The translations under genes and the position numbers were made by a program. This document shows positions 24,481 to 39,198 of a stretch of DNA of 64,000 nt, one piece after another. Within the stretch, counting starts at the first letter, position 1. Each line of letters starts with the position of its first letter. The notes beneath the pieces were generated by a model. It was not told the DNA's origin. It did not search any database and was given only the letters and a program-made list of their open reading frames with translations. Origin of the DNA: Takakia lepidozioides (Eukaryota; Plantae; Bryophyta); assembly GCA_030704615.1 (NCBI GenBank), contig CM060731.1, forward strand, positions 50,902,001 to 50,966,000, in the 5' to 3' direction.

Positions 24481-27400
24481 CATCAAAGCTCTTCACACAC
24501 CTTGGTGGGAGCACCTCTTTTTTTCCTCATGGAGGCATCTCTTTCTCTATCAGATTTATGCTTTGGTGTCTCTGTAAGTTCTCACAATTAATATTATGGG
24601 AAAACATGAATTGCAGCATATTTTTCGGATGAGATCTGCTCTGAAATGTTTAGACTATCAATAGGTTAAAAGGTAAGGAAATGGTAGAATATCAGAAGTA
24701 GTTGTACGTGGTAATACGCTGGTGTGTTCATAACCCATGCATTCAGAGCATTCTAGTAAATTGTGTATGTGTTGGAGATATCTGCCCTCTTATTTCCTAT
24801 TCCACTGCACTAGAATCGGCTGGGGTATGCAATTTAGCATCCGTCAGGGAGAAGTGTAGTTATTGATGTTTGTCTCTGATGGTTGGATATGATATATCCT
24901 CCTGGGGATATGCCCGAAGGGCTCGTAACCTTTTTGCGGCCTACAACATTTCAGTACATCAAAGTTTCAGTATTTCAATATCTCGATAAGGATTTTCACC
25001 CAGATTTTCAGTCAGTAATTCAAAATTCAGCCAGATTTTCAGCGAGTATTTTAATATTTCAGCTAGTTCTTCCGCAAGTATTTCAATATCTCAGTTAGTA
25101 TTTCACCAAGCATCTCAATATTTTAATAATTAATAAATCTAAAGATCAATTTTGTAATATCATACATCAAATATTTAATTCATCCATCAATAAAGTTCTG
25201 TCAAGGTCTCCGACTGTCCACCGGATTTATATAAATAAATATTTTTTTCTCTAATGTTTGAATATGTCCATAGTTTGAATAGGTATTTGATTGCCTTATT
25301 TTAATGTAATATTTTAAGGATTTCTTTTGACTTTTAGGGTGGAGCCATTCTGCAACTAGCCGCTTGTTTTTTATGATAAAGTGTCTTGTTTGAGAGTGTC
25401 GATGTCTAGTGTTCACCTAGATCTTAAGTCTGAAGCTTGGAAAGTGTGGAGAGTTCAATATGCATCTATTCATAGATGCAATGAGAGAATATGAACACAA
25501 TTACTCTCTGGTTTTGATGTCTTATGGTGAGAATAAGATATTTTTTGCAAAAAGTCATCTGACTCCTTAAATTACCTAGAGCGACGCCTTCCCACCCAGC
25601 TTGGAGCTCATTTAGTGTCCGCATTTCTCCAGCGGAAGGTGAGGAGCTAGTGCCATTGCAAAGAACCATTGGAAGAATTCTCGTAGGGAAATCAAAGCAC
25701 AACCCTCCTTTTAGCCTTCCAAGTGCAAGAGGGATATTTGATTGCTAGCGAGCTTATAATAAGATTCCTAGGGCATGCGTGTCCTTTGTCATTCATTGTT
25801 TTGTTTGTTCCCCCTGCTTCATTTTCAACTCTCATGGGAGGACTTAGTTAAGCGAGGCGGTGCACCTATTTGCCTTGGGGACATTCTGCAAGGTCATTTT
25901 TTCTTTGCTTTCTTAATCGATTTATTGGGCCGACGTCCTTTGTAAGAAAAGAAAGAAAAAGGAAAAAAAGAAAAGAAAAACAATTAGTACTAGTACTGTC
26001 ATACATACGATTTCAAATTCACAAAAGTTACAAATCTACATGGCATTTTTTAAATACCCAATGTTTGCAAGTGGGTATAGGACATTTTACAAGATACCAT
26101 TATTTGAGGGCCACCGTCCCCTCTTAATACTTTATATCTATAATTCTTTTTAAAGGTGATTCCCTAGCCCTTGGGAGGCTTGTTAGTGTTTGTGTTTGAA
26201 ATTTTGGTACACTGTCAGGTTCACCAACTGTGCAACTTCACTTCTAAATTAAGTGTCATTCTTTGGACCGAACAATCTGAGTCTTCGATGCTTCTCCGAC
26301 CACAAGTCAGCGATATCATTACGTTCAAGTATGACGTGAGCAATCGAATTGTAAGTCAGCAACCTGAGTGATCCAATTCTAGTTTGGCTCTAGGTCAATC
26401 TCCTCGGCAACATATAATATGGCATGGTCCATGGACACTCGAGTCAGCCAAGCTCAGTTTCCGTTCTCGAAGCTTGCTCCTCAAAGCTTCACTAAAACCA
26501 CCCAACTGTTGTAACAGAGATCTTTTCAGGACGGCAAGGACTCAGGAGTGATGAGCCAAACAACTCTCAAAAGAAATGTCACCTTGGAATTGATCTAGAA
26601 TGTCAACACTTTGTTTGACGACTTGCAACCTAGCGTCATCTAGAATCAGTAGGGTCAAACTAAGAAGACCCCCAAGTGGTCATCCTCTCGTCCAACACAG
26701 TTCAGCCCATGGATGTGGGGACCAGAATTCCGAGGAGCTTAAACTTTAAACCAGACTTTGTAAGATCCTGGTAGCAGTGGTGGCCCGTGGGCTACCTGGC
26801 GATCCATCTGGTGCGGGCGGATGTCGGATCATTCAATCTTCTAATTTGCGGCGGGCCCGACGATCACAACCGAAGCCAACAGTAACGCTTTACTTCGATC
26901 CAACTTGCAAGCATGCACATGTGTCAAGCAGCAATTTGACTTGACATACCCACAATTTGGTGCGCCAATCCGGTGGTCTGACCTTTTTGCCCGTAGCACG
27001 GACACTGGAAACAACTGTTTCAATCATACGCTGTTGAAAGCACGCCCCTCCAGCACCCTTGTGAGCACTGATTTTCATTGCTCCTTCGACCTCTCGTACA
27101 ATACATAACCATAGCAGCCGCCTCGTGAACTCGTGAGTTCAGCAGCGTTGAGTGGGCCCCTAACATCGGCCCCGCTACAACGAGGCTGTAAGGACTAAGA
27201 ACCAATACGCCTCACCGCTCAACCATCCTTGAGATTGTAATTTAACTGAAGCTGACCGAGGAATGATGAACAAGTTCGTGATTGTACACACTGCTCTATA
27301 CTGTAGCCCGCGACAGGAATCACACGAGCTCACGGGGCGGCTTTGAGGGACCTTCCCATTCTAGACTCTCCCTCACTCCTCTCTCTCGCTTCCGCTCCGA

Positions 27401-29941
27401 AAGAAAAAGACATATAAATAAGTCGAGAATATATATTTCCTGCAAGTTGTTAACCAACGGACTACACGCACACTAATTGGCCATTGACTCCGGTATCACA
27501 GCGACCCAGTCGCCCTCCAGAATGGGGGGTGACCCTAGTTCTGGGCCTAGGGGTTGACCCTTCATCCATTCAGTTCGCAGAGTTCATCTATCTGTGCGAT
27601 AAATTCATCCATCTATTTGACTTTTAATCTGTCGGTGGCACTTCACGAGTTGACTTCGATGAAGTCGCATATCATCCATCTGTCTGACTTGTGGGAGCCC
27701 GTGCCTCATCCATCCTGTTGACTTGTTGTACCTTCATTCGTTTACATTTGGGTCGGGGAGGTCGGCTATCTGTGCACAGTACCGGCAACCGGCAGCAGCT
27801 TTGCGGCGTGATGAGGGCATTGACCGGAGCAGCCGTTTTCTCCTGGGCTGCGTTCCCATTGCGGGAATGTAGGGCGTGGCAGGGTCCAACTGCCAGACTG
27901 AAAGAATGCGCGTAGGGCCCTGTTTTATAGGTGGAAGTTGGGGACATTCGTGCAACAGTTATGGGATAATTCAACGCCCATCATTATGCGATGGTGCACA
28001 CTGCACGCCCCTCCACCTGCTGCCTCTTTGTCGTTGCAGGACCTGCTTCTTGGTCCATTGATGCCCTCGTGGGACAATCTACTGTTTTTCTACGCTCAAA
28101 CAAAACTAGTCCCCATAAAATCTCCCGGCCTCCTTACCGATATATACCTTTTCTTTTAAAGAAAGGGTAGCCGACTCCTACAAGAATCAACATCTTGTTG
28201 TTAATGGAAGCTGTAATGAAGTACGTTAGTTATCATCTCCGTTTGACGAGAACGTGGATGAGGTACATGACATGACGACAGAAGTGTCCAAGCAACACGT
28301 GGAGGATGGGTACAGGGGGACCCAGCCTGGGACACGCTTTACGGGACAGAGTGTCCCATGTTAATGGTTACTCGCTATTGGGGTTAAGCGGGGCCCATGT
28401 ACTGGGTGGATTAGTCATCATCCATGTTGGTGTGTCATTCATCCGCAAGGATTTCGTTTTGCAAAAAGATGCCGGGAAAGGAGCGAGTGTGGCAGGGGAC
28501 CACAAAAGACAAAACCAGAGTGCAGTGCTTTTTAGGGTTTGCTGTGCTTGCGAAACAGAAACAGTACTCCGAGTGTGATTCGAGCAGTTGAGGCAGAACA
28601 AATGGGGCACTGATCTCCTTCGCTGTGATAGAAATTGAGATGGAAGAGAGAGAATTAGTGAGTGGACGCTGACGAATGCTTTGGCGTCTCTTCAGGAGTG
28701 CAATGTCATGGAGGGGTGAGTTCGTTCGATAAGTTACAGAGAGTTGATAGATTAAAGTCTGTATCTATCTTTACATAGTGCTTCACAAAAATGATTAAGG
28801 CTTGTTGTGAGGGCAGGCTGCGAACTGCAGTAATTGCTGGATTCAAAGACCAAATCTCCAATCCAAGTCATATGAATCCAGTTACAAAATCACGAATTCA
28901 TACGTTTTCAGGACTCCTGTCATATTGCGCATGTGTGTTGATGGCTCGGTAACGAGGCAGGACAGGGTTGGATTGCACGAGCAGCAAGCCTGAGGGTGTG
29001 GCACTAATGAATACATGAGGAAAGTTTCGTAATCTTACGTCCTGGCAATGAAATTTCACTTCAGACCATCCCCTGACAAACACCACTCAAAGACAGACCA
29101 CTTGAGAACCAAACGGGCACGGTCCTTCTTCATAAAGCTGTCAAAGGATCGAGTTGCACAGGGATGGCTCTAAATGATGGCTCTAAATTGAGACTGCGTT
29201 CAGATCCAAAACTGCAAACTTGAAGAGAATCACTGCGTACCAGTGAAATCGCAGCTTGATGAATTGGGGAGGAAAATGCACATAGAACAAAAGAGGACTA
29301 GGTCTAGTACGCCATATAATTCAAGCCACTGGATTTACAGTGTACTCCATGCTGCTCGTGGATATCAATTGTAGCTGGAAACCGCCGAGCTTCATATATT
29401 TCTCGCACGTGAGTTTGCAGCTTAAACCGGCTGCCACTTGAGCTCGAGGGATCAGGCGGCAGCGAGATGAGTCTTAAAAGCAAGCTTGGAAGCAAGAAAT
29501 CACAAAAGCAAAACGGATCATTTGAAAGAGAGCCCAGAAGTGGTGCATTTGAAATAAGTTGTACATATATGTAGACTTCAGAAACGGGCTGGAGCTATGA
29601 GCCAACCTGATCGTACTGTAAACTTCCCCTAGAAAGATTGCCTTGGACTTGGAAATGCCTGGTAATCTGGACATCAAAAAAGTCATGGGCGAGCTTTAAA
29701 TGGAGAGTTTTGCAGCATCTCACAGTCTCGAATGGTAATGCACCTGTTCTACAAGAGCTCTACAGGTAGACTTTAAAAATTATCGTCTCCCTTTTGAGGA
29801 GCTCAGTACCAAGTAACGTACAAAAACGTTGGGAACCTGAACAGGTTGTAACATCAAGGAGAGACAACTGCTCGTTGAACTCATGAGCTCTGTCTCCTAG
29901 TGCGACCATGCAGGCTAAGATGGGGCCGTCGATGAAGCAAC

Positions 29942-30550
29942 TCAATTATACCACAGCGATGGCACGTAGGACTCATCGTCGTCGTCATCGGCATTGTTGG
30001 GAGGAGGGGGTGGCTGCAAAAGCATTCCATGGGCCATGTCCGAGACAAAATTTGGGTCATCTTGATCAAAACCATGTCCAACAGTCGACCAGTGTACATG
30101 AGGCGGGGCTGCTGTTGGTGGTGGTGGAGCATATTGTGCTGTTTCTTGGTGGCCTGTATATGTGATGTCTTGTAGTTCTTGCCCCTCATCATCATCAGAC
30201 GATGAGGTTGGGGAGATAAAATCACTGTATGAGAATGGCCGCCCAGCAAAGGCAGCTGCTGCCGCTGCCGCAGCCGCTTGAATCTCCCGGTTGGACATAG
30301 TGCCTGGTTCTGCACTACGAAGAGTAGGTACGTCGTTAGGGAAGTTGAGCTGAGCTGTCGGGCCTCGTAAGCAAACCAGGGCTGCATCATAAGCATGGGC
30401 AGCTTCCTCCGCTGATCGAAAAGAGCCGAGCCAAATTCGTGTTCGCTTCTGAGGCTCTCTGATCTCGGACACCCATTTTCCCCATCGCCGCATGCGGACT
30501 CCACGATATTGGCGAGCTGAGCTCTCGCTCCTTTGCTGTCTGCCCGCCAT
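29942..30550 (-). CDS. AP2/ERF transcription factor, DREB-type, intronless, 202 aa
   Basis: Complete AP2 domain [57 protein letters not shown] with DREB-type V14/E19. [14 protein letters not shown] follows the domain, and the acidic C-terminus ends LWYN. Confidence 0.95.
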   Translation of the reverse strand: MAGRQQRSESSARQYRGVRMRRWGKWVSEIREPQKRTRIWLGSFRSAEEAAHAYDAALVCLRGPTAQLNFPNDVPTLRSAEPGTMSNREIQAAAAAAAAAFAGRPFSYSDFISPTSSSDDDEGQELQDITYTGHQETAQYAPPPPTAAPPHVHWSTVGHGFDQDDPNFVSDMAHGMLLQPPPPPNNADDDDDESYVPSLWYN

Positions 30551-33093
30551 CTTTGTATATCTCGTAGGCAGACCTATGGTTGTGAAAGTAGAAAGTGAAG
30601 AAGGGGAGTGTTGGTGGCGACGGGTACGCTACTGACTAGCCAACAAATCGTCTTCAGTCCAAGACTTGAATGCGGGCTGTGAACAAGAAATGATGCCTTC
30701 CTGTCCGAAAGACACGGAGTGAGAGAGACACAGTGAATCAAAGCAAGAGCGCAGATCATGTCCACACAAACCGAATCAGATCACGGAGTTGAGAGAGAGA
30801 GGAAGAACGAGGGACCCGGCACAGTGTCGTGGATGAGCCTGAGTCGAGTGCTCAAGAGAGATTGGGAGGGGACAGGGGTGAACTCCAATTGGTTCTTTCA
30901 GCTATTCGCACTTTCCAGTCGTCCGAAAGAGCACGAGATCATAGCATTTGGTCCAGAAATTGGGAGGAATATCGGGTTGTTAACACAGCCGTGATTCTAC
31001 CCAAAGGGAGTCGACAAATCTTTCTGTGCTTACAGATTTGGCTCACAACAGCAGTGGAGACAGTGGCACTCAAGAGGAAACTGACTGAAACACTTTCTAA
31101 TTTGGGGTGTGTCCAGCAGCTTCCAGTGTGCAAAAGTGCCCAAAGGCACAGCGGAATAGATTTGCTGAGCTGAACGGAGAGGGGAAGCAAGAGAGATGGC
31201 GAGGGAGAGACAAAATTCCCAGTCAAAGTGAGAGCAGGGAGTGAGTGAGTCTAAGACAGAGACGAGTGTGGGAGTGTGAAAGCAGCACAGTGTGAGGGAG
31301 AGAGGCAATGAGTATGCAACTGCAGCTTCGAGAATGGGAGGCGAGGCACAAGATATAGCGCGGGTGAGCGCGGGCAGCTAGAGGAGAGCTCGAAAGCTCG
31401 AAAAAAAAAAAAAAAGCTGCCCGCACTCGTTTTGCCGCGGCTGGCCCACTGCACCCCGTCGCTCCACCTGTCAAGACGGGGAGTAACTAGCACGCGCACG
31501 TTTCTCTTATCCCCAGCGTGCACCACCGATGATTGCCGGTCACCATAACTGCGCTCCTAACCTGGCTTGCGTCAACCAGGGCTGTACGGACTACGGACTG
31601 ACACGACCCCATGACCTGGGTCAGGTTAAGGGGCGTTACGCGGCGGTAGACCGGGATTAGCCGGTCCTCTCACACGTGCAGGAAGGATGGGTGCCCTGTG
31701 AGCTAACCGCGTTCATTAGAGTTGTCCGCGGTCGGGATGTTCGGAACCCCGGGCCACCGCTTCCCGAGACGAAAGGGCCTGGCCAGGCCTGTCCCACTTA
31801 GCGTATGCTACGCGCCCGAGTGAGCCGCGCGGGTTGTCTCTAGTTGCGTTGCACGCACGCGTGACAGTAGGCCGCGCGCGATGCACTGCGCGGTTTCAGT
31901 TTCCTTTTATAAGCGGTCCACACGCGATTAGGTCCACGTAACAGTGCCGCGGTCGACTGCGCGGGCTTGCCTACGTGCACTGTACATCCGTCGTTACCAT
32001 GTCTGTGCACGCCGCAATTCGGCTGCGTAGTAATTGTCGTCTCAAATTGGATGGATGATTACTCGATTCTCTATCAGTAATTTTCATCTTGTTGACTTTC
32101 TCGAAATTGCTTACTGTCAGTTTTCTTTTTCTTTTTTAATTTTTAAACGGGGTCAGTTTCAGGTTCGAGCGTTCGAGCCCTTTGATTTAATTCTTCGAAA
32201 ACGTCGCCCGAGGCCAGCGCGTGGATGGACATCCATCATTTAGTTTTCCATCTATAGTCGGGGATCTCATTCATTCAGCTCATTAGCGTAAACCATACTG
32301 TGTATGGTACGTATGTAGATGGGCATACATAGGAAGCAGCATGTGCCATGGATGCTTCCTGATGACCGGGACCTAACCGGTGACCGGTGTTGGGGGAGGG
32401 TACCGTTTGGCGGTAGCAAGGGACATGACGGGTCCTTTTTTACCCCCCAGGCTGCAGGGGACATGTGTCCCACTTTAGCGTCACGTGCTATATAAGATTC
32501 CTGGTTTGTGAGCCTTTTATTTCTCTTAAAATCTATGCACCGTCAGATGGACACGAGGCTGTGGGGGGCGGGGCCAGAGATAGATATTTTGAAAAATCAT
32601 CCAGAGAAGTCGGATGAATGTTGGGATAAGTTATGGGTGTAGAGCCCCATAATTTGGAGGAGGGTAAAGGAACCTTCCGCAACCTTCTTTTCCATGCTGG
32701 CAGAGAAGAAAGTAGCATCTGTTGGAGCCCATCAATTAGCCGCATAACCTGATTCAAATATATGTATAGGGAAGGGCAGCTTTCCACCCTTTTAAACCAC
32801 AGAACCCATACTACCTCCCATAGATTGAGAATCCATAACTCCAAGAGCAACAAGAGTCCCATCTAGTTTCCCTATGCCTGTTTGAATAGCATCAGTCAAA
32901 CCCGTTCATTGATAAAATGTGTGAACAAGGGCAGTAGGCAGAGTTCGAGAACGAGAAGGGCCGAGTCAGCTGCCCCTTCGTGTAAAAAAACCACTTGCCC
33001 ATTCATCCCCTCCCCCCAACCCCAAATCCTCATCTTATGAATTTTGTAAGGCCATGTGTGACTTGCGCCTCCAGTCAGGATGAAACTTCCCGT

Positions 33094-33302
33094 CTGAGAA
33101 GCTAAAGATTTTAACAGAGGGGATTTCTAGGTGGTTTTTCACACAACTGAAGATTGTCCTTGCACTGAATGCGGCACTATGCTTGTATTGTGACTTGTCT
33201 ATGCTTGCCCTGAGAAGCTAAAGATTTTAACAGAGGGGATTTCTACACAGCGGAAGGTTGTCCTTGCACTGAATGCGGCACTATGCTTGTGTTGTGACTT
33301 GT
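33094..33302. repeat. Local tandem duplication of about 115 bp
   Basis: CTGAGAAGCTAAAGATTTTAACAGAGGGGATTTCTA and TTGTCCTTGCACTGAATGCGGCACTATGCTTGT.TTGTGACTTGT each occur twice. Confidence 0.8.
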
Positions 33303-33667
33303 GAAAACCCCCCCCCCCGGGGCTCCCGTCCTGGCATTCCTGTGAAGGCCCTTGGGTCCAGGAATTCCCCAACCACCTAACCAGTCCAGTTTGACAAATT
33401 CAAGCTCTGAGATGTGTTTCATAAGCAATTGTTGTACATTGCTCTTTGTGTGTCAACAGGTGCACCGTATACATTTTAATACCCCCCCCCAACCGCTCCG
33501 AAAATAAAATCAGCCAGCCAGAGGGGTGCACGACTTGCATTCACCCCAATTTGATGGAAAAATAAATAATCGCCAAGGTGTGTGGTAGTATTGCATGCGT
33601 AACCCCAAGGGCTTCATGCATTTGGTGAGCCAGCGTGTGAAGGTTGTCAATGGCATTTTACTATGAG

Positions 33668-34240
33668 CAAGGTTGGGTAGCGTGTGAGCATGCTCACTCA
33701 AGCAAACTAGAATATTCTATAGATTCCTGAAATATACGAGAGAATAAGCTATGGCGATACGAAAATACACTCACATGACAGGAAACTATTTCAAAAAGTG
33801 TGCTCACTTGAAAAACTCTTTTTCATTTTTGTTTTTTTTCCTTTTTGGGGGGCTTTTTATGCCAACGAAACTCACTGTGCTCGTGTGAGCACAAACTTTG
33901 CAGTAGTTTCGGTGTTTGGTAGAGAAATATTGCATATTCGAGTTCTTTTGGTTTGTTTCACCAACAAAACTCACATGAGCACAAATTTTGATGTAGTTTC
34001 ACTAACGAAATACTACTGTTTAGAATATTATAATGTTTGCTATTAAATATTTGTATTTTATAGAGGGTTTTAGCTAAAATATACTCATAGACCTTTTATC
34101 TTACCCTATTAATGTAGCAATACCTTATGACTGCCTCTGACTTGTGTTTCTTTACAAACATGTTACCCTTGTAACCGTGGATCGCGCTCATGCTTGTTTT
34201 TTTTCCTACTCACGTTGTGCTCACTAAATTCCAACCCCCA
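33668..34240. mobile_element. Possible MITE/non-autonomous DNA transposon
   Basis: Ends AGGTTGG...GTGAGCA and TGCTCAC...CCAACCC form an imperfect inverted pair. Internal TGAGCA/TGCTCA motifs are repeated and the interior is AT-rich. Confidence 0.3.
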
Positions 34241-37200
34241 TTTCAGTCACAACGGAGTGAGGCAAGGCGTACCGGTATTCCACAGTGAGCATTTAGACTA
34301 TTTGAAACAAAGCGGCTCCAATAGATATTACTGATCCTGTTATGGGCCGAGACTAATCTATTATGCTGATACTATAGGTATCTAACATGTGAAATAAGAC
34401 TGTCTTTCGTTATGCACAAAAATAGCTTTGTTGTGTGTCATTGGCTCCTCCCTCAGAATGATCCTAAGGAGAGAGGCATTGGTGTATTTTTCCATGTTGT
34501 ACCTTCCCTAACTTGGTTACCTGAAGACGATGCCTGCAGTTTCTACCAGGCCTTTTTTTTTGGTCATATATGAAGTTTCATAGACATGGCTACAGTCAGC
34601 GGGCTCCTTGAAACTGAATTAGCAATTATATTCAAAAAATTTGGTGCAACAGGTGGCAACAATACTTAAATTTAGGTTGAGTTGGCGAAGTGTGAAACCA
34701 AATAGTAAATTTTGATGGCAACACTCTGATTTTTATGATACAAAATTTGTGGCTCAAATATTGGAATTTCAATAGTATATTGGCTACTACATGAAATATA
34801 TGGCTCCATGGCCTGATAAAAGAGAGATATTTGGCAACAAAACTCAAATTCCAAATTTTCCTTTAAAACATCATTTAGATCTTTAACACACAGTGTAAAA
34901 AAAGGTCTACCATTTCATTAGGCTTAATGGATGATGGGAACAAAACATCTAATTGTCCAAAGTAGTAACTTGCTAAAACCAGCAAGTTGAAAACTGATTG
35001 ATGATAACTGCCTACTTGCAAAACTTCTCAAATAGTCACTCCATATCATCACTTCCACACACTCTAAGTACCGCGATTGGGAAGGCGGAGCTCCGCCCTC
35101 TTACAGTTTTCATTGCCAAACTCTTTAACCTTGACTTTCTCCTTAGGGTTCCGCTAAAAATTAGCCTTTACGTGTTATTTTGCTCTCTTTCTAGCGTCTC
35201 CGCTACTTTGCCTGGTTTCTAACTGTGGACGCGGCCGCCGCCATGGCCCCTGCTTCCATCTACTCTGCTGTCACGAGGAGGTCTCTCTACTTTCTCCTAC
35301 GCTCTATCAATAGGCTTTACAAGCGCGTCAGTGTGTGTCCTTTAAGCTCTCTTTTGATGTTTTTAGAATGGTCTTTGCGGTCCATATCCCCTCTCAAGAA
35401 GTCCGAGACCACCACCAACCCGAACTGGTGCCATGTGCGCGTGCGGGCGACACTGAAGAACACATTCGGTGCCCACCAAAGCAAGGCTCTCTTCACCGCA
35501 GTTCACTGGAAGGCTGGCCCACCTAAGGCCTCCACCTCTGGCCTGCTTTTTATGATGAAACAACCCGCCAGGCGCTCTCAGCGTTCTCTAGACCAGCCCG
35601 AAACCGCTCCCCGCACTCTGCAAGCTGCGTTCTTCCCCCAAGATTTAAGAGCTATTTGGCGATCTGAAGGACGATGGTCTTTGAATGCATCCTATTTGTT
35701 AAGAGGAGAGGCCACACCATATGCCGTATTCTCCTCACCGTGCTTCTTCTACCATGCTTGTCAATGCACTTGGCATGCACCACGAGCAAACGACAACTAT
35801 GCTGGACCACTATGCTCTCAACAGCACGAACCTAAGCGCGACATCTGAATGTATTGGTCTGCCCAAGCTTACGCGTAATGCTGGAGGCCCATGGGATAGC
35901 GAGTATGAGGAGACCTACTCTGGCGCTCACCTGAATGCTATTGTGGACTGTGTAATCACTGGTGAGTGGGGAACCCAACTTCCCCCCCCCCCCACAAACA
36001 TCTTTTTCCAGCGAACCCCACAGCTTTGGGCCAGTACCCACCCCGGCCCCACAACTACGTCAATACAAGCACAACAATGCCAGTAAGACTATTGCTTGGA
36101 TGGAAAGGTATGAACCCTACTCTGCTCGAACCAGGCTATCTGTCCATGTGTTTTGTGACACTACCTCTCATGGACTCGATGGCTGCAACATCTTCAACAG
36201 GGGCCCTCTAATGGCCCCACCTTCATCTCTGCATGAGTATCACCAAGTCAGGCAGGGCAAGCTAGGCCCTAGTTTGACTGGACTTGTAGTTTGCTTGGCT
36301 ATTAGTGGAACGAAGACACTTCAGATGCATACGGATACTGCAGAATCCATGCACGAATTAAGGGAAGCTGAAGAGCAGGCAGTTCTAGTACTCTACCAGG
36401 CAGGAGTTGCAGGGCAGAGATTACTGCGCTGAAGCTCTCAGTGGCAAAGATGAAGAAATTTAAAGCAGACAGGCACAATATCCGGACGGATGACACAGTG
36501 ATGGAAAGTGTGGTTGCATTTAAAGGCCACACGACAATAAACAGGAAAAAGGAGGGCCATGTTCCCATGGCCCCAAAAGATCACTGGACGATGTCGTTGA
36601 AGGCGAATCGCTCAAGCCCACGCAGCCACAGCCAGCAACCTGAATATTTCATCACGAGAGCTCACTTGACACCTGCACCAGCCAGATCTGTTGCTCTACT
36701 AGACCTGCCCGGGTACTCTGCTGAAATGCTTAGTGGTGAGTGCTGCCACGGTGCTCTCCAGGTGTGCAATAAGAGAACTGTAGGTCAGCTTACGGGCCTG
36801 TCCCTCAAGAACCGCGAGCTGCTATTTTTCTTCTTGCAAGATGCGGCTCTGGTGCGCAAGTGCTTTGACTGCTCAAGCTCTCTTCAACGGTCTCAGCCCT
36901 CGAGCTACCTATCACTGAGACCCAACTCTCAGTTTACTTTTATGAACAGTGTGGGCAGCCCCTTCAATTGTGACTGCCCTTTGCTGCCCCCTATGCTTCG
37001 CCAGCTCTTAGCACACACCATTACCATCCTCTTCAGTTGGCAAATCCACCCCCGAGTAGCTTCTTTTGTGGAGGGGGCATTGAGATGAACCCTCTCTCGC
37101 AAATAAACATCGAACTAGAGGGCGTCTCTATTGCAACAGAGAAGGATTACGCACATTGTATGCTTGGCTGCAAGCGTTCAAGAATCTGACTACGGATTGC

Positions 37201-37287
37201 AACGCTGACCTGCGCAGCATTGTGGAAGGGTATGATCGACATGATTGTGGTATGGAGGCTTTGGATATCAATGTGGAACCTCCCTCA

Positions 37288-38110
37288 GGATATGCTAAGC
37301 ATGGTCGTGGGAGGGAGGCCTTAGAGGCATATGATCAAATGATTCGGGAAAAGGTGACACCCAATCTGGTTTCATTTGTTGGTGTTCGGAAGGTTTGTAT
37401 AAGAATGGCAAGCCTGGAGAAGGGCAAACAGGTCCCTGTTGACATCATGAGAGCTGGAATTGAGCCAGATATCATTCTGGACACTGCCTTGGTCGTCATG
37501 TATGCCAAATGTAGTAGCACAAACGATGCACGCCAAATGTTTGACAATTTGCGTCAAAGAAACGTGGTCTCATGTAATGCAATGATCACAGGATATGCTA
37601 AACATGGTCGTGGGAGGGGGGCCTTGGTGGCTTATGATCAAATGACTTGGGAAAAGGTGACACCCAATCAGGTTCCATCTGCTGGTGTTCTGAAGGTGTG
37701 TGCCAGACTGTCTGGCCTAGAGAAGGGCAAATAGGGCCCTGCTAACATCACGAGAGCTGGAATTGAGCCAGATTTCATTCTGGCCACTGCCTTGGCCGAC
37801 ATGTATGCCAAATGTAGTAGCACGAATGATGCACGCCAAATGTCTGACAAATTGCGTCAAAGAAATGTGGTCTCATATAATGCAAAGGTCACAGGATATG
37901 CTAAGCATGGTCGTGGGAGGGAGGCCTTGGAGGCTTATGATCAAATGACTCGGGAAAAGGTGACACCCAATCAGGTTCCATCTGCTCGTGTTCTGAAGGT
38001 CTGTGCCAGACTGGTAGGCCTGGAGAAGGGCAAACAGGTCCCTGCTAACACCATGAGAGCTGGAATTGCGTCAGATATCATTCTGGCCACAGCCTTAGTC
38101 GACCAAATGT
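37288..38110 (+). pseudogene. PLS-class pentatricopeptide repeat gene relic (about 2.7 near-identical 303-bp triplets)
   Basis: GYAKHGRGREALEAYDQM..EKVTPN...LEKGKQV...GIEPDIIL.TALV.MYAKCSS.NDARQMFD.LRQRNVVS.NA is repeated. There is an in-frame stop at 37732-37734 and no proper N- or C-terminus. Confidence 0.85.
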
Positions 38111-39032
38111 GGCAGCATACATGGTGCACGCCAAGTGTTTGTTTGCAACGTTAGGGTGCAGCTGCGCCCTATGACATATAGGGACCTCTCCTATCCCCCC
38201 TCTTTCTTATGGTTGTTTCCTGCTACAGATCTGGTCAGATGCTCTTATTCCTATTGCTATGGTTTACCTATTTCTGATCTGCAGACCTCAAGATTTGCTC
38301 TCCCTAATACTCACATGCCCTGTACTCCCATCTTGCAGGCTCACCCGATTAAACTCCAAGGACACCCTACAGCCAGGGACTGGGAATCCCAACATACTAT
38401 TCCCTGCCCACTATTGAACAAGGTATCCCAGTTTGATAACTCAGACGTGAGGCCTCTCAATTTAACTCCACTGAAGCAAGGCCTCAGCGCAGGTTTTGCA
38501 TGGCAGGGACGTGGTATGGAAGCTTTGCCCAGCGCCGCTCCTACCTACCCCACCACCTTGGCGTCCTCCCATAAACAGCAAATGAATTTCCCGCTACCCC
38601 AACGTCCTCTGACTTACAGGGAACCCTCTCACCTCATATCATCTATGTGGTCACTCCCTTATTTCTTTCTGGTCAACTGTCCTTTGAATCCATATCCGAT
38701 GAGTTCCCTCCATGATTTGCAATTGTTGTGCTATGGACTAGTCACTAATCACATGTGGCATTCCAACCTCCTGCAGGCACAATTGCATAGAATGAGCATT
38801 CTTGAGAATTTAACTCGAGGAAAGTACAACTCTCAAGCAGGCTATATTCCAAGCGTGGACCACTCAGCACTCTTGGTCTCCTCTCCCCAAGCTACTTGGG
38901 TACAGTGGCTCGCTTGATTTCAAACAATTTTACACACTTGTTACTCTCTCCACACAATTGTACACAATGATTTTTACTCCATGCTCCTACTCAATTCTCA
39001 TTAATGTTATTTCTCGAATGACTACCACTCAA

Positions 39033-39065
39033 CAATATCGGCGTGGCGATCAATTAGATCTTCGA
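39033..39065 (+). pseudogene. petG: Plastid-derived petG 3' end (NUPT)
   Basis: CAA TAT CGG CGT GGC GAT CAA TTA GAT CTT translates as QYRRGDQLDL, the PetG C-terminus. It lies next to trnW on the opposite strand, as in plastomes. Confidence 0.8.
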
Positions 39066-39198
39066 TCGAACATAAAATTCTATTTACCGTTTTTCATAGG
39101 CCCCCCTAAAAAAGATAGGGAGGTCTAATTCAATTAATTGATAAATTTCTTGAAGTTTTTTCCAATTTTCTGCATCCAACAGTTCTTTTTGGAATAAT

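Noticed and set aside
29881-30504. 207-aa alternative-frame ORF over the ERF gene
   Set aside because: Shadow frame of the real AP2/ERF CDS.
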